Part shown: positions 27,259 to 37,825 of the stretch, piece by piece
Numbering within the stretch: position 1 is the first letter of the stretch
Layout of the letters: every line of letters begins with the position of its first letter
Assembly: GCA_041685505.1 (NCBI GenBank)
Contig: JAWLFQ010000003.1
Location: 1,346-65,345 of the forward strand
Direction: 5' to 3'
DNA: 64,000 nt
Origin: Nitriliruptoraceae bacterium
GTDB lineage: Bacteria > Actinomycetota > Nitriliruptoria > Nitriliruptorales > Nitriliruptoraceae
Notes under the pieces: generated by a model
What the model was told of the DNA's origin: nothing
What the model saw: the letters and a program-made list of their open reading frames with translations, nothing else
Database searches by the model: none
Made by a program: the position numbers and the translations under genes

Positions 27259-28227
27259 TCACGGCAGCTCGACCTCCATCTCCACGCCTTCCTCCGGCGA
27301 ACGGCGGTCGATCCGGTAGTCCGATCCCGCGGTGCTGCGGCCCTTGGCGTACCGCTTCATCTCCGTGGCGGTGGCCACCATGTCCCCGTGGTGATCGAAG
27401 TCGCGGATGGCCGTGGAGGCGATACCGATCGACAGCGACAGCAGCTCGAAGCGTTGCGGGACGCCGCGGCGATCGGTCACCTCGATACCGCCGGTGGCCA
27501 GGTCCCCGGCGTCGTACAGCGAGGGCGCGAGTTCGTCGAAGCGCGTGCAGATCAGCTGCGCGGTCGCCTCGGCGAGATCGGGCCGGACCAGCACCACGAA
27601 GTCGTCGCCCCCGACGTGACCGACGAAGGCCTCCGGATCGTCGAGTTCGTCGCGCACCTGCTGCAACAGCGAACCGAGCGCTGCCAGTGCCTCATCGCCG
27701 CGCAGGAAGCCGTAGTGGTCGTTGTAGGGCTTGAACCGGTCGAGGTCGACGTACAGCAGCGCGAAACCGCCCGGGGCGGCCAGCAGCTGGGCGAGCTTGG
27801 CGAGGATCGACTCGTTGCCGGGCAGACCCGTCAGGGGGTTGCGTGTGCGTTGGGTGTCGGCCCGGCGCATCGCGGCACGCACCCGGGCGACCAGTTCGTC
27901 GGGGTCGAAGGGCTTGGTGAGGTAGTCGTCGGCACCGGCGTCCAGCCCCGTGATGGCATCGACGGTCTGCACCTTGGCCGTGAGCAGCATCACGGGCAGG
28001 TGGCTGGTGCGGGGGTCCTCACGCATCTGCCGCAGGGCCGACAGGCCATCGAGCCGGGGCATCATCACGTCGAGCACGACCACGTCGGGGTGACCGGTGC
28101 GGGCCACCTGTAACGCCTCCAGCCCGTCGCGGGCCAACAGCACCTCGAAACCGGCCAGCTGGAGGGTGACCTCCAGGTAGGCCCGGATGTCCTCGTCGTC
28201 GTCGGCGACCAGGATGCGGGCGGTCAC
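27259..28227 (-). CDS. response regulator, REC domain fused to a GGDEF domain with a degenerate GGDDF motif
   Basis: 322 aa. REC features: DDDED.., phospho-acceptor DVMMP, LTAK. GGDEF domain features: NPLTGLPGN, VDLDRFKPYNDHYGF, GDEAL, HVGGDDFVVLV. GTG start overlaps the rpe stop. Confidence 0.85.
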   Translation of the reverse strand: MTARILVADDDEDIRAYLEVTLQLAGFEVLLARDGLEALQVARTGHPDVVVLDVMMPRLDGLSALRQMREDPRTSHLPVMLLTAKVQTVDAITGLDAGADDYLTKPFDPDELVARVRAAMRRADTQRTRNPLTGLPGNESILAKLAQLLAAPGGFALLYVDLDRFKPYNDHYGFLRGDEALAALGSLLQQVRDELDDPEAFVGHVGGDDFVVLVRPDLAEATAQLICTRFDELAPSLYDAGDLATGGIEVTDRRGVPQRFELLSLSIGIASTAIRDFDHHGDMVATATEMKRYAKGRSTAGSDYRIDRRSPEEGVEMEVELP

Positions 28228-28916
28228 GGGGACCCTCCGGCGGTCCCGGTGGCCTCGGCGGCATCGGCCAGGGCCAGCAGCTCGCGGACCGCCCCTGCCC
28301 GGTCGGCGGTGCCGAACACCGCGGAGCCGGCGACCAACACCTCCGCCCCGGCCCCAGCGGCGCGGCCGACGGTGGCCGGGCCGATGCCACCATCCACCTG
28401 GATGCGGAACCCGGCACCGTGCGCGGCGCGCCAGGCCGCGGCCTCGGTGACCTTGGGGAGCGCGTCGGGGAGGAACGCCTGCCCCCCGAAGCCCGGCTCC
28501 ACGGTCATCACCAGCAGCAGGTCGACGTGGTCGAGCAGCTCGGTGACCATCGACAGCGGGTGCGCCGGCTTGATCGCCACACCGACGCTGGCCCCGCGCG
28601 CCTGCAGCGCGTGGATCAGTGCCAGCGGCTCGTCCTCCACCTCGGGGTGGAAGGTGATGTGATCGGCCCCGCGCTCCACCAACTGCGGCGCGTAGGTCGC
28701 CGGGTCGGTGATCATCAGATGACAGTCGAGCAGCAGATCCGTGGCGCCGCGCAAGGACGCGATGACCGGGTGCCCGAGGGTGATGTTCGGCACGTAGTGG
28801 CCGTCCATCACGTCCACGTGGATCGTCGGCACCACCTCAGCCACCTCGGCGACCTCGGCCCCGAGGCGGGCGAAGTCCGCGGACAGGATCGAAGGGGAGA
28901 TGGACCGTCGGTGCAC
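28224..28916 (-). CDS. rpe: ribulose-phosphate 3-epimerase
   Basis: 230 aa with SILSADF, HVDVMDGHYVPN and VMTVEPGFGGQAF. Confidence 0.93.
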   Translation of the reverse strand: MHRRSISPSILSADFARLGAEVAEVAEVVPTIHVDVMDGHYVPNITLGHPVIASLRGATDLLLDCHLMITDPATYAPQLVERGADHITFHPEVEDEPLALIHALQARGASVGVAIKPAHPLSMVTELLDHVDLLLVMTVEPGFGGQAFLPDALPKVTEAAAWRAAHGAGFRIQVDGGIGPATVGRAAGAGAEVLVAGSAVFGTADRAGAVRELLALADAAEATGTAGGSP

Positions 28917-29011
28917 CTGGACCCCATCCTCCGCGCTGCTGGCGGGCGCTCGCGTGCCGCGCCGAGCCTAGCTCCTGGACGCGGACGGCCCGACCGTCCG
29001 ACCGTGGGTAC

Positions 29012-30325
29012 TCACCCGGCCTGCCAGGTGGCGATGAACATCCCGTCGGTGTCGTCGCTGTCGGGCAGCAGCTGGGTGGTACCCGCAGGTGTGAGCCCGT
29101 GGGCGGCCGCCTCCGGTGCGAAGCCCTCGACCACCGCGGTGGTCTCGGCTGTGGTCCAGGTGCACACCGCGTAGGTCAGCTGGCCACCGGGTGCGACCAG
29201 GGGAGCCGCCGCGCGCAGCAGCTGCCCCTGCAGACGCGCGAGATCGACGGCGTCGTGGGGCGTCCGCCGCCAGCGGACCTCCGGCCGGCGCCGACCCGTA
29301 CCGAGCCCCGTACAGGGCGCGTCGAGCAGCACGACCTCGAAGCGTTCCCCGGGAGCGAGCGGCGGGGTGCGGGCGTCGCCGACACGGACGTCGATGTCGA
29401 CGTGCTGGCGGGTCGCCGCCTCGGCGATCAGCTGCGCACGGTGGCGGTACAGCTCCACGGCGACCACCCGCCCCGACGGCCCGACGAGGTGGGCGAGGTG
29501 CGTCGCCTTGCCGCCCGGACCGGCGCACAGATCCAGCACCCGGTCGCCCTCGCTCGCGCCGGTACCCAGCGCCACCCGCACCGAGGCCTCGTCCTGGACC
29601 ACGGCACGTCCCTGGACGACGGCCGACAACGTGCGCGGGTCGGCACCGGGTGCCCGGACCGACACCGGTGTGGTGCCGGCACGCGCGGTGACCCCCGCCG
29701 CAGCGAGCTCGGCCAGCAGCTCCTCGCGGGGGCCGTTGGCCCGCAGCGTCACCCCGGGTGCGAGATCGTCCGCGGCCAGTATCGACGCGGTTCGCTCGAC
29801 GTCGTAGCGCGGGAGCAGATCCTCGACCACCCAGTCGGGATGCGCGGTGCGCAGCGCCAGGTGGCGCACCGGATCGTCCGCGATGGCGGGCCAGCCGAGG
29901 TCCCCCTCACGGCGGGCCAGGGCACGCAGCACCCCGTTGACGAAACCGGCGGCGCCCGCGCTGCGGCGCGCCGGCACCGCCTGGCGCGCCACCTGCACCG
30001 AGGTGTCGACCGCCGCCCGGGCGGGGACGTCGCTGACCACCAGCTGGGTCGCACCCAGCCGCAGGATGCGGCGCAGTGCCGGCTCGACAGCGGCGAGCGG
30101 ACGGGACAGCACGAGCTCCAGCGCGGCGTCGAGCGTGCCCTCCCAGCGCAGCGTCTCGTAGGCCAGGTGGGCGGCGAAGGCACGGTCGCGGGTGTCCGTC
30201 AGGGCGGCGACGGCCTCGGGCACGGCCAGGTTGGACCACGCCTGGTCCTCCTCGACCCGCTGCAGGGCCACCAGCGCGGCCTGCCGAGCGGCGATCCCGC
30301 TGGTGGACGGATCCGAGCGGCTCAC
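29012..30325 (-). CDS. rsmB: 16S rRNA (cytosine-C5)-methyltransferase RsmB/Sun family
   Basis: 437 aa with an N-terminal NusB-like region, the DLCAGPGGKATHL SAM motif, DAPCTGLGT and YAVCT catalytic cysteines. Follows fmt as usual. Confidence 0.88.
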   Translation of the reverse strand: MSRSDPSTSGIAARQAALVALQRVEEDQAWSNLAVPEAVAALTDTRDRAFAAHLAYETLRWEGTLDAALELVLSRPLAAVEPALRRILRLGATQLVVSDVPARAAVDTSVQVARQAVPARRSAGAAGFVNGVLRALARREGDLGWPAIADDPVRHLALRTAHPDWVVEDLLPRYDVERTASILAADDLAPGVTLRANGPREELLAELAAAGVTARAGTTPVSVRAPGADPRTLSAVVQGRAVVQDEASVRVALGTGASEGDRVLDLCAGPGGKATHLAHLVGPSGRVVAVELYRHRAQLIAEAATRQHVDIDVRVGDARTPPLAPGERFEVVLLDAPCTGLGTGRRRPEVRWRRTPHDAVDLARLQGQLLRAAAPLVAPGGQLTYAVCTWTTAETTAVVEGFAPEAAAHGLTPAGTTQLLPDSDDTDGMFIATWQAG

Positions 30326-31293
30326 GCCTGCCCGCTGTCCGCGCCCACCTGCTCCCCCACCTCGATGCGGGCGCCGTTGGCGAAGTCGCCGGCCGCCATC
30401 CGCGGCTTGCCGGCGGGCTGTACCTCGGTGAGCCGGACGGCTCCCTCCCCGCAGGCGACCACCACACCGTCACGGTCCACGGCGACCACCGTGCCCGGCG
30501 GGGTGTCACCGTCGAAGGCGCCCAGCACCAACGCCGCGCCCGCACGGTCCAGGGGTGGGGCGTCGAAGACCTTCAACCGGGCACCGCGGAAGGTCGTGTG
30601 GGCACCCGGAGCGGGGTCGGCGCTGCGCACCAGGCGGTCGACCTCCGTCGCTGACCGGGAGAGGTCGATGGCCACGTCCTCGGGGGTGATCTTGGGGGCC
30701 AGCGTCGCGCCCTCCTCGTGCTGGGCGACCGGCGCCTCACCCGCGTGCAGCGCCCGCAAGGACTCCACCAGCACCGGGGCGCCGAGACGGGCCAGCCGCT
30801 CGAGGAGCACACCGGCGTGCTCGCGCGGCTCGATCGCGACCTCGACGCGACGCAGCACCGGCCCGGTGTCCATCCCCCGGTCGAGCACGAAGGTGGTCAC
30901 CCCCGTGACCTCGTCACCGGCACGCAGCGCGTGCTGGACCGGTGCGGCGCCGCGCCACCGGGGCAGCAGGGAGAAGTGCAGGTTCACGAACCCGCGCCCG
31001 CCGGCAGCGAGCACGTCCTCGGGCAGCAGCGCGCCGTAGGCCACCACGGCACAGGCGTCGAGGTCGAGCGCTCGCAGCTCGTCGAGGACCTCCCTGGGCT
31101 TCGCGGGCTGCCACACGGGGAGGCCGTGGGCCTCGGCGGCGACCTTCACGGGCGGTGGCTGTGGCGTCCCCCGCCGTCCCCGGGGACGATCGGGGTTGCA
31201 CACCACCGCTGCGACGTCGATGTCCGCCGCCGCGACCAGCGCCTCCAGCGCGGGAACGGCGGCCTCAGGGGTGCCCAGGAAGGCGATACGCAC
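30322..31293 (-). CDS. fmt: methionyl-tRNA formyltransferase
   Basis: 323 aa with MRIAFLGTPE and NLHFSLLPRWRGAAPVQ (SLLP motif). Confidence 0.93.
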   Translation of the reverse strand: MRIAFLGTPEAAVPALEALVAAADIDVAAVVCNPDRPRGRRGTPQPPPVKVAAEAHGLPVWQPAKPREVLDELRALDLDACAVVAYGALLPEDVLAAGGRGFVNLHFSLLPRWRGAAPVQHALRAGDEVTGVTTFVLDRGMDTGPVLRRVEVAIEPREHAGVLLERLARLGAPVLVESLRALHAGEAPVAQHEEGATLAPKITPEDVAIDLSRSATEVDRLVRSADPAPGAHTTFRGARLKVFDAPPLDRAGAALVLGAFDGDTPPGTVVAVDRDGVVVACGEGAVRLTEVQPAGKPRMAAGDFANGARIEVGEQVGADSGQA

Positions 31294-31374
31294 GACGGTG
31301 TCCTCGTGTTCGGTCCCAGGTGACGCGACGCGGGGGCGTTGTGCGCGCCGTGGGTGGGAGGGGAAGTGGTGGCG

Positions 31375-31953
31375 TCAACGGTTCCGGCCGAGGAGCAGCC
31401 CGCCCGGCCGCGGCGGCTCGGGATCGTCGAGGCCCTGGGCCAGCCGGTACTCGCGCATCTGCTTCAGCGCCGCCTTGCGGTCGTGTGCGGCCAGGTGGTC
31501 GACGAACAGGATGCCGTTGAGGTGGTCCATCTCGTGCAGCCAGATGCGGGCGTAGTGGCCCTCGAGTTGGACCAGGTGATCGTCGCCGACCAGGTCCTGG
31601 TAGGCGACCTCGACCCTGAGGGGACGCTCCACGGGGTAGAACAGCCCGGGGAAGGACAGGCAGCCCTCGTCACCGTCCTGGATGTCCTCGCTGGCATCGG
31701 TGATCCGCGGGTTGACCACCGCGCCGCCGTCACGCGAGCGGGCACCGTCGGCGGCCTCGTGTTCCACCTCCCAGGTGAACAGACGCTTGAGCACACCCAC
31801 CTGGTTCGCAGCGAGCCCGACCCCGTCGGCCGCGCGCATCGTGTCGAGCATGTCCTCGGCGAGTGTCGCCAGGCGCGCGTCGAAGTCGACGACCTCGTGG
31901 GCGTGCTGGCGCAGCACGGGGTCACCGAAGATGCGGATCTCCATCCTGGCCAC
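31375..31953 (-). CDS. def: peptide deformylase
   Basis: Motifs GVGLAANQVG, EGCLSFPG and LHEMDHLNG. GTG at 31953 has GGGAGG 7 nt upstream; the ATG at 31944 is an alternative. The track ORF start (32217) lies inside priA. Confidence 0.9.
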   Translation of the reverse strand: MARMEIRIFGDPVLRQHAHEVVDFDARLATLAEDMLDTMRAADGVGLAANQVGVLKRLFTWEVEHEAADGARSRDGGAVVNPRITDASEDIQDGDEGCLSFPGLFYPVERPLRVEVAYQDLVGDDHLVQLEGHYARIWLHEMDHLNGILFVDHLAAHDRKAALKQMREYRLAQGLDDPEPPRPGGLLLGRNR

Positions 31954-32083
31954 GGGGCTGCCTCCCGGCTGTGGTTGGCGTGTGGGGCGGGTGCTGGCAG
32001 CGTCGATGGTACGCGTCGACCTCGCATCGACCACCGCAGCCGGCCACGCCGGGTCGGAGGCGCCCCCGTGACCGGCGGCAGCG

Positions 32084-34021
32084 TCACACCGCGTCCACGG
32101 GGTCGACATCGACGCGCAGGTCGCTGCCGGCCCGGCTCGCGGCCCGCCGGATCGGCGCGATGGCCGCCAGGGTCGCCGCACGGTCGTCGCACTTGAGCAG
32201 GTAGCCCTCACGGCCATCGGCCGGCACCGGTCCGAGGAGCTCGTCGCCCGGCGGCAGCGCGGCGCGCAGCTGGGGGGCCAGCGGTTGCCCCTCCAAGGTC
32301 GCCTGGGCGGGTGCGCTCAGGCGCAGCGCGTGCGCCGCCGGCGGGAAGCGCAACTCGGCGCGGGTGGCCGACTCCTGCCGCCAGAACCCACCGGGGTCCC
32401 AGGCAGCCAGCGCCGTGATCGCGGGATGGTCCGGTTCGCGGGTCTGGACCACCACCCGAGCGGCCGCGGGGTCACGAGCACCGTGCACCGTCCACGCCGC
32501 GAGCTGGCAGGCCAGCCGCAGCACGTCCTCGGCGGCGTCGAGGCTCGGGCGGCGCAGCGAACCGTCCAGATCCGGCAGCACCACCGCACCCACGGGGCCG
32601 GGGGGACGGTCCAGCACCGAGCCACGGGTCAGCACGATGATGGCCGGCGGCGGTGGTGGGGTCCGGGCGTAGCCCTCGAGCACCACCACCGGCACCTCCG
32701 CGCTGCGCTCGAGCTCCCGTCCCAGCCGCAGCGCGCCTGCCGCCAGCGGGGCAAGACCGTGGGCACCGCAGCCACCGCAGGCGGGCACCGGACGCACCCG
32801 GGCGCCGCAGCCCTCGCAGACCAACCCCCCTCCACCGTGGAAGGCCAGTGAGGCACCGCAGCTGCGGCAGGCGGCACGGTCGCCGCAGCTGGTGCACACC
32901 AGCACACGGCCTTCGCCCCGACGGCTGGCGAGCAGCACGCCGTAGGTGCCCGCACGGGTGGCGCTGCGCAGGGCCTGGCTGGCCTCGCGGGTGAGCCGGG
33001 CCCGGGGCTGGTCCTCCCCGGTGACGACCTGCACCCGCGGGCGGGCCCGCCGCTCGATCGCACGGTCCGCCACCACCGGCCGGACCCGGCGCTCGCGCAG
33101 CAGCCGCCACGCCACCGCCGAGGGCACGGTGCCCACGGCCAGTCCGACGCCACCGGCGCGCCGCGCGCGCTCCAGCACCACCTCACGGGCGTGGTGACGG
33201 GGGCTGCGGCGCTCCTTGTAGGCGGGGTTCGCCTCGTCCAGGATGACCGCCAGACCCAGCCGCGCCAGCGGCACGAAGGCCGCGCCGCGCTCCCCCACCA
33301 CCACCCGGGCGTGCCCGGTCCGCGCTTCGAGCCACCGACGGTAGAGCGCCCGCGCGGCGGGGCCACCGCGCAGATCGACCGCCAGGTCGCCCGCAGCTGC
33401 CACCACGGCGTCGGCGGTGGGCGACGCGGGGTCGGGTACCAGCACCAGGACGTCCCGGTCATGCGCCAGGGTGAGCTGGGTGAGCTCCGCGAGCCGGGCC
33501 GCGACGTCCTCCCCCGGCAGCGGACGCCACAGGTAGGAACCGCTGCCGCCGCCCACCGCAGCGCGCAGCTCCCGGCCCGAACCGCCGTAGGCCGACCAGG
33601 CCGCGTCCAGACGCGCGGCATCGACGGGTGGGTCGCTGCTCGGTCGCGGCGCGCGCGGGTACCACCCGGCAGCGGCAGCCCGTCGCTCCACGTCCACGGT
33701 GCGATCGGGCAGGGCGTGGCGGATCACATCGGCCAGGGGGGCACCGAACCGCGCCGCGGCCCAGCGCAGCAGCTCGAGCTCGTCCGGCTCGACCCACCGG
33801 TGCTCGCCCAGGACCCGGGCGATCGGCCGCAGGCGGTCGGCCGCCACCTCGGTGTCGGTGGCGTGGCCGACCACCAGTCCGCGGACGCGCCGACCTGCGA
33901 AGGCGACCAGCACGCGCTGTCCCACCGCCACCTCGACGCCCTCGGGGACGAGGTAGTCGAAGGGGTGGTCGAGGTGGTAGGGGGCGACCTCGACGACGAC
34001 GCGTGCGAGGTGCGGCACCAC
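32084..34021 (-). CDS. priA: primosomal protein N' (PriA), degenerate helicase motifs
   Basis: 645 aa with the N-terminal 3'-DNA-binding pattern (VAPYHLDHPFDYLVP), a Cys-rich zinc region (CTSCGDRAACRSCGASL..CEGCG..CGGCG) and conserved position upstream of metK. No GxGKT is visible; DEAN replaces DEEH. Confidence 0.85.
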   Translation of the reverse strand: MVPHLARVVVEVAPYHLDHPFDYLVPEGVEVAVGQRVLVAFAGRRVRGLVVGHATDTEVAADRLRPIARVLGEHRWVEPDELELLRWAAARFGAPLADVIRHALPDRTVDVERRAAAAGWYPRAPRPSSDPPVDAARLDAAWSAYGGSGRELRAAVGGGSGSYLWRPLPGEDVAARLAELTQLTLAHDRDVLVLVPDPASPTADAVVAAAGDLAVDLRGGPAARALYRRWLEARTGHARVVVGERGAAFVPLARLGLAVILDEANPAYKERRSPRHHAREVVLERARRAGGVGLAVGTVPSAVAWRLLRERRVRPVVADRAIERRARPRVQVVTGEDQPRARLTREASQALRSATRAGTYGVLLASRRGEGRVLVCTSCGDRAACRSCGASLAFHGGGGLVCEGCGARVRPVPACGGCGAHGLAPLAAGALRLGRELERSAEVPVVVLEGYARTPPPPPAIIVLTRGSVLDRPPGPVGAVVLPDLDGSLRRPSLDAAEDVLRLACQLAAWTVHGARDPAAARVVVQTREPDHPAITALAAWDPGGFWRQESATRAELRFPPAAHALRLSAPAQATLEGQPLAPQLRAALPPGDELLGPVPADGREGYLLKCDDRAATLAAIAPIRRAASRAGSDLRVDVDPVDAV

Positions 34022-34023
34022 CG

Positions 34024-35205
<1,182 letters not shown>

Positions 35206-35274
35206 GGGTCGCTCCTCGGACAGGTGTGGCCGACCAGGTGGGCGCGCGCAGCCTATCCGCGGCCGCGGGCACCC

Positions 35275-36525
35275 TCAGCCCTGCCCGGGTCCCTGCAGCC
35301 GGGCCACGACCGCGTCGAGGATGCGCTCGGCGACGGCGCGCTTGCTGGCCAGGGCCACCGCGGTCCGCTCGCCATCACGGTCGAGGATCACGACCCGGTT
35401 GTCCGCCACCTCGAAGCCCGCATCGGTCGCGGAGACGTCGTTGACCACGAGCAGATCAGCGCTCTTGGCGGCCAGTTTGGCCCGGCCGTTGGCCTCGGCG
35501 GTGTCGGTCTCCGCCGCGAAACCGACCAGCAGGGGCCGGGTGGCGGCGCCACGGGCCGCGCCGAGCTCGGCGAGGATGTCGGGGTTGGCCTCGAGGGTGA
35601 TCGTCGGCACGCCCCGCGCCTTCTTCAGCTTGTGGGTCGCGACCTGCGCCGGTCGGAAATCCGCCACCGCCGCGGCCTTGATGATCGCGTCCACTCGTTC
35701 GCGTCTGGCCATGACCGCCGCGTGCATCTCGACGGCGGTGACCACATCGGTGCGCGTGACCCCCGGCGGTGTCACGAGCTCGGTCGGCGCCGCGACGAGC
35801 TCCACCTCGGCACCACGTTCCGCCGCCGCAGCGGCCAGGGCGAAACCCATCCGTCCGCTCGAGCGGTTGCCGAGGTAGCGCACGGGGTCGATGGGTTCAC
35901 GTGTCCCGCCGGCGGTGACCAGCACCCGGCGTCCCGCGAGGTCGCGAGGGCTGTCGGCGGCTGCGGTGGGAACCGCGGCGATGACCGCCTCGAGGGCGAG
36001 TTCGGGCGCCACCACCCGTCCCGGACCGGCGTCGCCACCCATCAGGGCCCCCTCGTCGGGCCCCACGAGGCGCACGCCGCGATCGGTGAGCACGGCGGCG
36101 TTCGCCCGGGTCGCCGGGTGCTGCCACATCTCGGTGTGCATGGCGGGCGCCAGCACCAGGGGGCAGGTCGCGGCCAGCAGCGTGGTCGACAGCAGATCGT
36201 CGGCCAGCCCATGGGCCAGCTTCGCCAGGGTGTGTGCAGTGGCCGGGTAGACCAGCGCCACCTCGGCAGCGCGGCCCAGGGCCACGTGGGTGCCGCCGGC
36301 GATGTCCTCCCACACCTCGCTGCGGACGCGACGACCGGTCAGGCCCTCGAAGGTCGCCGCGCCCACGAAGTGGGTGGCCCCCCGGGTGAGCACCACGTCG
36401 ACCTGTGCCCCGGCCTGGACGAGCAGCCGCACCAGCAGCGCGGCCTTGTAGGCCGCGATGCCTCCCGTCACCCCCACCAGGACGCGGACGCCGTCGAGTC
36501 GGCTCGCAGACGCCTCCGACGCCAC
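35275..36525 (-). CDS. coaBC: bifunctional phosphopantothenoylcysteine decarboxylase / phosphopantothenate--cysteine ligase
   Basis: 416 aa with a flavoprotein N-domain (VGVTGGIAAYKA, PAMHTEMW) and a CoaB C-domain (ITAGGTREPIDPVRYLGNRSSGRMG). Confidence 0.93.
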   Translation of the reverse strand: MASEASASRLDGVRVLVGVTGGIAAYKAALLVRLLVQAGAQVDVVLTRGATHFVGAATFEGLTGRRVRSEVWEDIAGGTHVALGRAAEVALVYPATAHTLAKLAHGLADDLLSTTLLAATCPLVLAPAMHTEMWQHPATRANAAVLTDRGVRLVGPDEGALMGGDAGPGRVVAPELALEAVIAAVPTAAADSPRDLAGRRVLVTAGGTREPIDPVRYLGNRSSGRMGFALAAAAAERGAEVELVAAPTELVTPPGVTRTDVVTAVEMHAAVMARRERVDAIIKAAAVADFRPAQVATHKLKKARGVPTITLEANPDILAELGAARGAATRPLLVGFAAETDTAEANGRAKLAAKSADLLVVNDVSATDAGFEVADNRVVILDRDGERTAVALASKRAVAERILDAVVARLQGPGQG

Positions 36526-36527
36526 GC

Positions 36528-36860
36528 TCAGGCCGGTTCGTCCCGGTCCTCGGTGGCGACCACGGTGAGGCCGTCCTCGGTGACCGCCGGTGTCGGTTCG
36601 GCCGCCACCTCGATCTTGCCCTGGGCGATCTCCTCCAGGGCGATCGACAGCGGCTTGTTGGTGTCGGTGGTCAGCAGCGGCGGCACGAAGGCCCCCATGC
36701 CCTCACCGAGCTGGGCGTAGTAACCGTTGATCTCGCGGGCGCGCTTGGCGGCGAGGTGGACGAGGTGGAAGCGTGAGTCCACCTTGTCCATGAGGTCGTC
36801 GATGCGTGCGATGACGGTGCCTTCCCTGCGTGCCTCGAGGCGAGCTGCGGTCCGGACCAC
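36528..36860 (-). CDS. rpoZ: DNA-directed RNA polymerase subunit omega
   Basis: 110 aa with IDDLMDKVDSRFHLVHLAAKRAREINGYY..LGEG. GTG with [10 protein letters not shown]. Confidence 0.85.
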   Translation of the reverse strand: MVRTAARLEARREGTVIARIDDLMDKVDSRFHLVHLAAKRAREINGYYAQLGEGMGAFVPPLLTTDTNKPLSIALEEIAQGKIEVAAEPTPAVTEDGLTVVATEDRDEPA

Positions 36861-36903
36861 GCCACCCTCGGCGGCGTGACAGCCCGGGGCGGTCTGGAGG
36901 CGC

Positions 36904-36933
36904 AGCGTACCGCCGGGCTGCGCACCTGCTCAA
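36904..36933 (-). promoter_or_regulatory. candidate sigma-70-type promoter for rpoZ-coaBC
   Basis: The minus strand reads TTGAGC-18 nt-TACGCT, about 45 nt upstream of the rpoZ GTG. A promoter is needed here because rpoZ is separated from gmk by two opposite-strand genes. Confidence 0.3.
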
Positions 36934-37009
36934 GCGCGGTCCGGCGAGCTAGCGTGACGGCCGATCGCCGGCTCGACCCCGACCGCGGGCGGGTCCCCAG
37001 GGGAGCACC

Positions 37010-37825
37010 GTGCTCGACATCGCCACCACCTCCGGCCCCCGCCTCGGGCAGTTGCTCGTGGTCGCGGCGGTGGTGCTGCTCGCGGCCTGGGTGCTGCGGG
37101 AGCAGCACCGCCGTCGCCTCCGGGCCGCGCTGGCGCGGTTCGTCGCACGGCAGGACGGCTGGCACCGCCAGGCCTGGCCCTGCGGCGTCCAACCGGACCT
37201 GCTGGTGGGCCGTTTCGCCGCCACGCCCCGCGGCGACCGCCGGTACGGCGTCGAGTACGCGGCGGGCGGGCCCCTGGAGCTGCAGATCGACGGCCGCCCC
37301 ACCACCTGCGAGGTGTCCTGCTTCCAGTGGTTCCACGAGCGACGACGCCGCTCCCACGACAACCGGGGCGTGCGCAGCACCTCCTACGAGCGCCGGCGTG
37401 AGCTGGTGGTGCTGTGCCGGTTGCCGCTCCACACGCGCCGGTCGGTCTCCATCGGCCCGGAGTCGCTCCTCGGGCGCATCGGCCTGACCCGTGGTGGCGA
37501 GCAACTGGAGTCGGAGTCCTTCAACCGGCGGTTCCGGGTGGAGGGCCGCGACAGGGAGCTGGTCGTGCGCCTGCTCGACGCACAGCTGCAGGAACTGCTC
37601 GTGGCGGCCTACACCGGGCGCAGCGTCGAGTTCAGCGACGACCTGCTGGCGCTGGGCGGCCCTCCCGATCACCGGGACAGCAGCCTGGCCGGGATCGTGG
37701 GGACCTACCCGGCGATGGTGCAGGACCTCGCACGGCTGGTCCGCGACATCCCCCACAGCTTCTGGCGCGCGCTCGGATCCGACGAGCCGAGCGCTCCTCC
37801 GCCGCACACCCCCTGGGAGCGGTAG
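37010..37825 (+). CDS. membrane-anchored protein of unknown function (possibly DUF3137-like LemA partner)
   Basis: 271 aa from a GTG with GGGGAG upstream. Third-position GC is very high in this frame. N-terminal TM helix (LGQLLVVAAVVLLAAWVL). The motif LESESFNRRFRVEGRDRELVVRLLD resembles what I recall of DUF3137. The stop TAG abuts the lemA ATG. Confidence 0.6.
   Translation: MLDIATTSGPRLGQLLVVAAVVLLAAWVLREQHRRRLRAALARFVARQDGWHRQAWPCGVQPDLLVGRFAATPRGDRRYGVEYAAGGPLELQIDGRPTTCEVSCFQWFHERRRRSHDNRGVRSTSYERRRELVVLCRLPLHTRRSVSIGPESLLGRIGLTRGGEQLESESFNRRFRVEGRDRELVVRLLDAQLQELLVAAYTGRSVEFSDDLLALGGPPDHRDSSLAGIVGTYPAMVQDLARLVRDIPHSFWRALGSDEPSAPPPHTPWER

Noticed and set aside
35206-35274. Possible SAM riboswitch upstream of metK.
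   Set aside because: There are only 69 nt between the coaBC stop and the metK GTG, with no SAM-I or SAM-IV core motifs visible. metK appears co-transcribed with coaBC.
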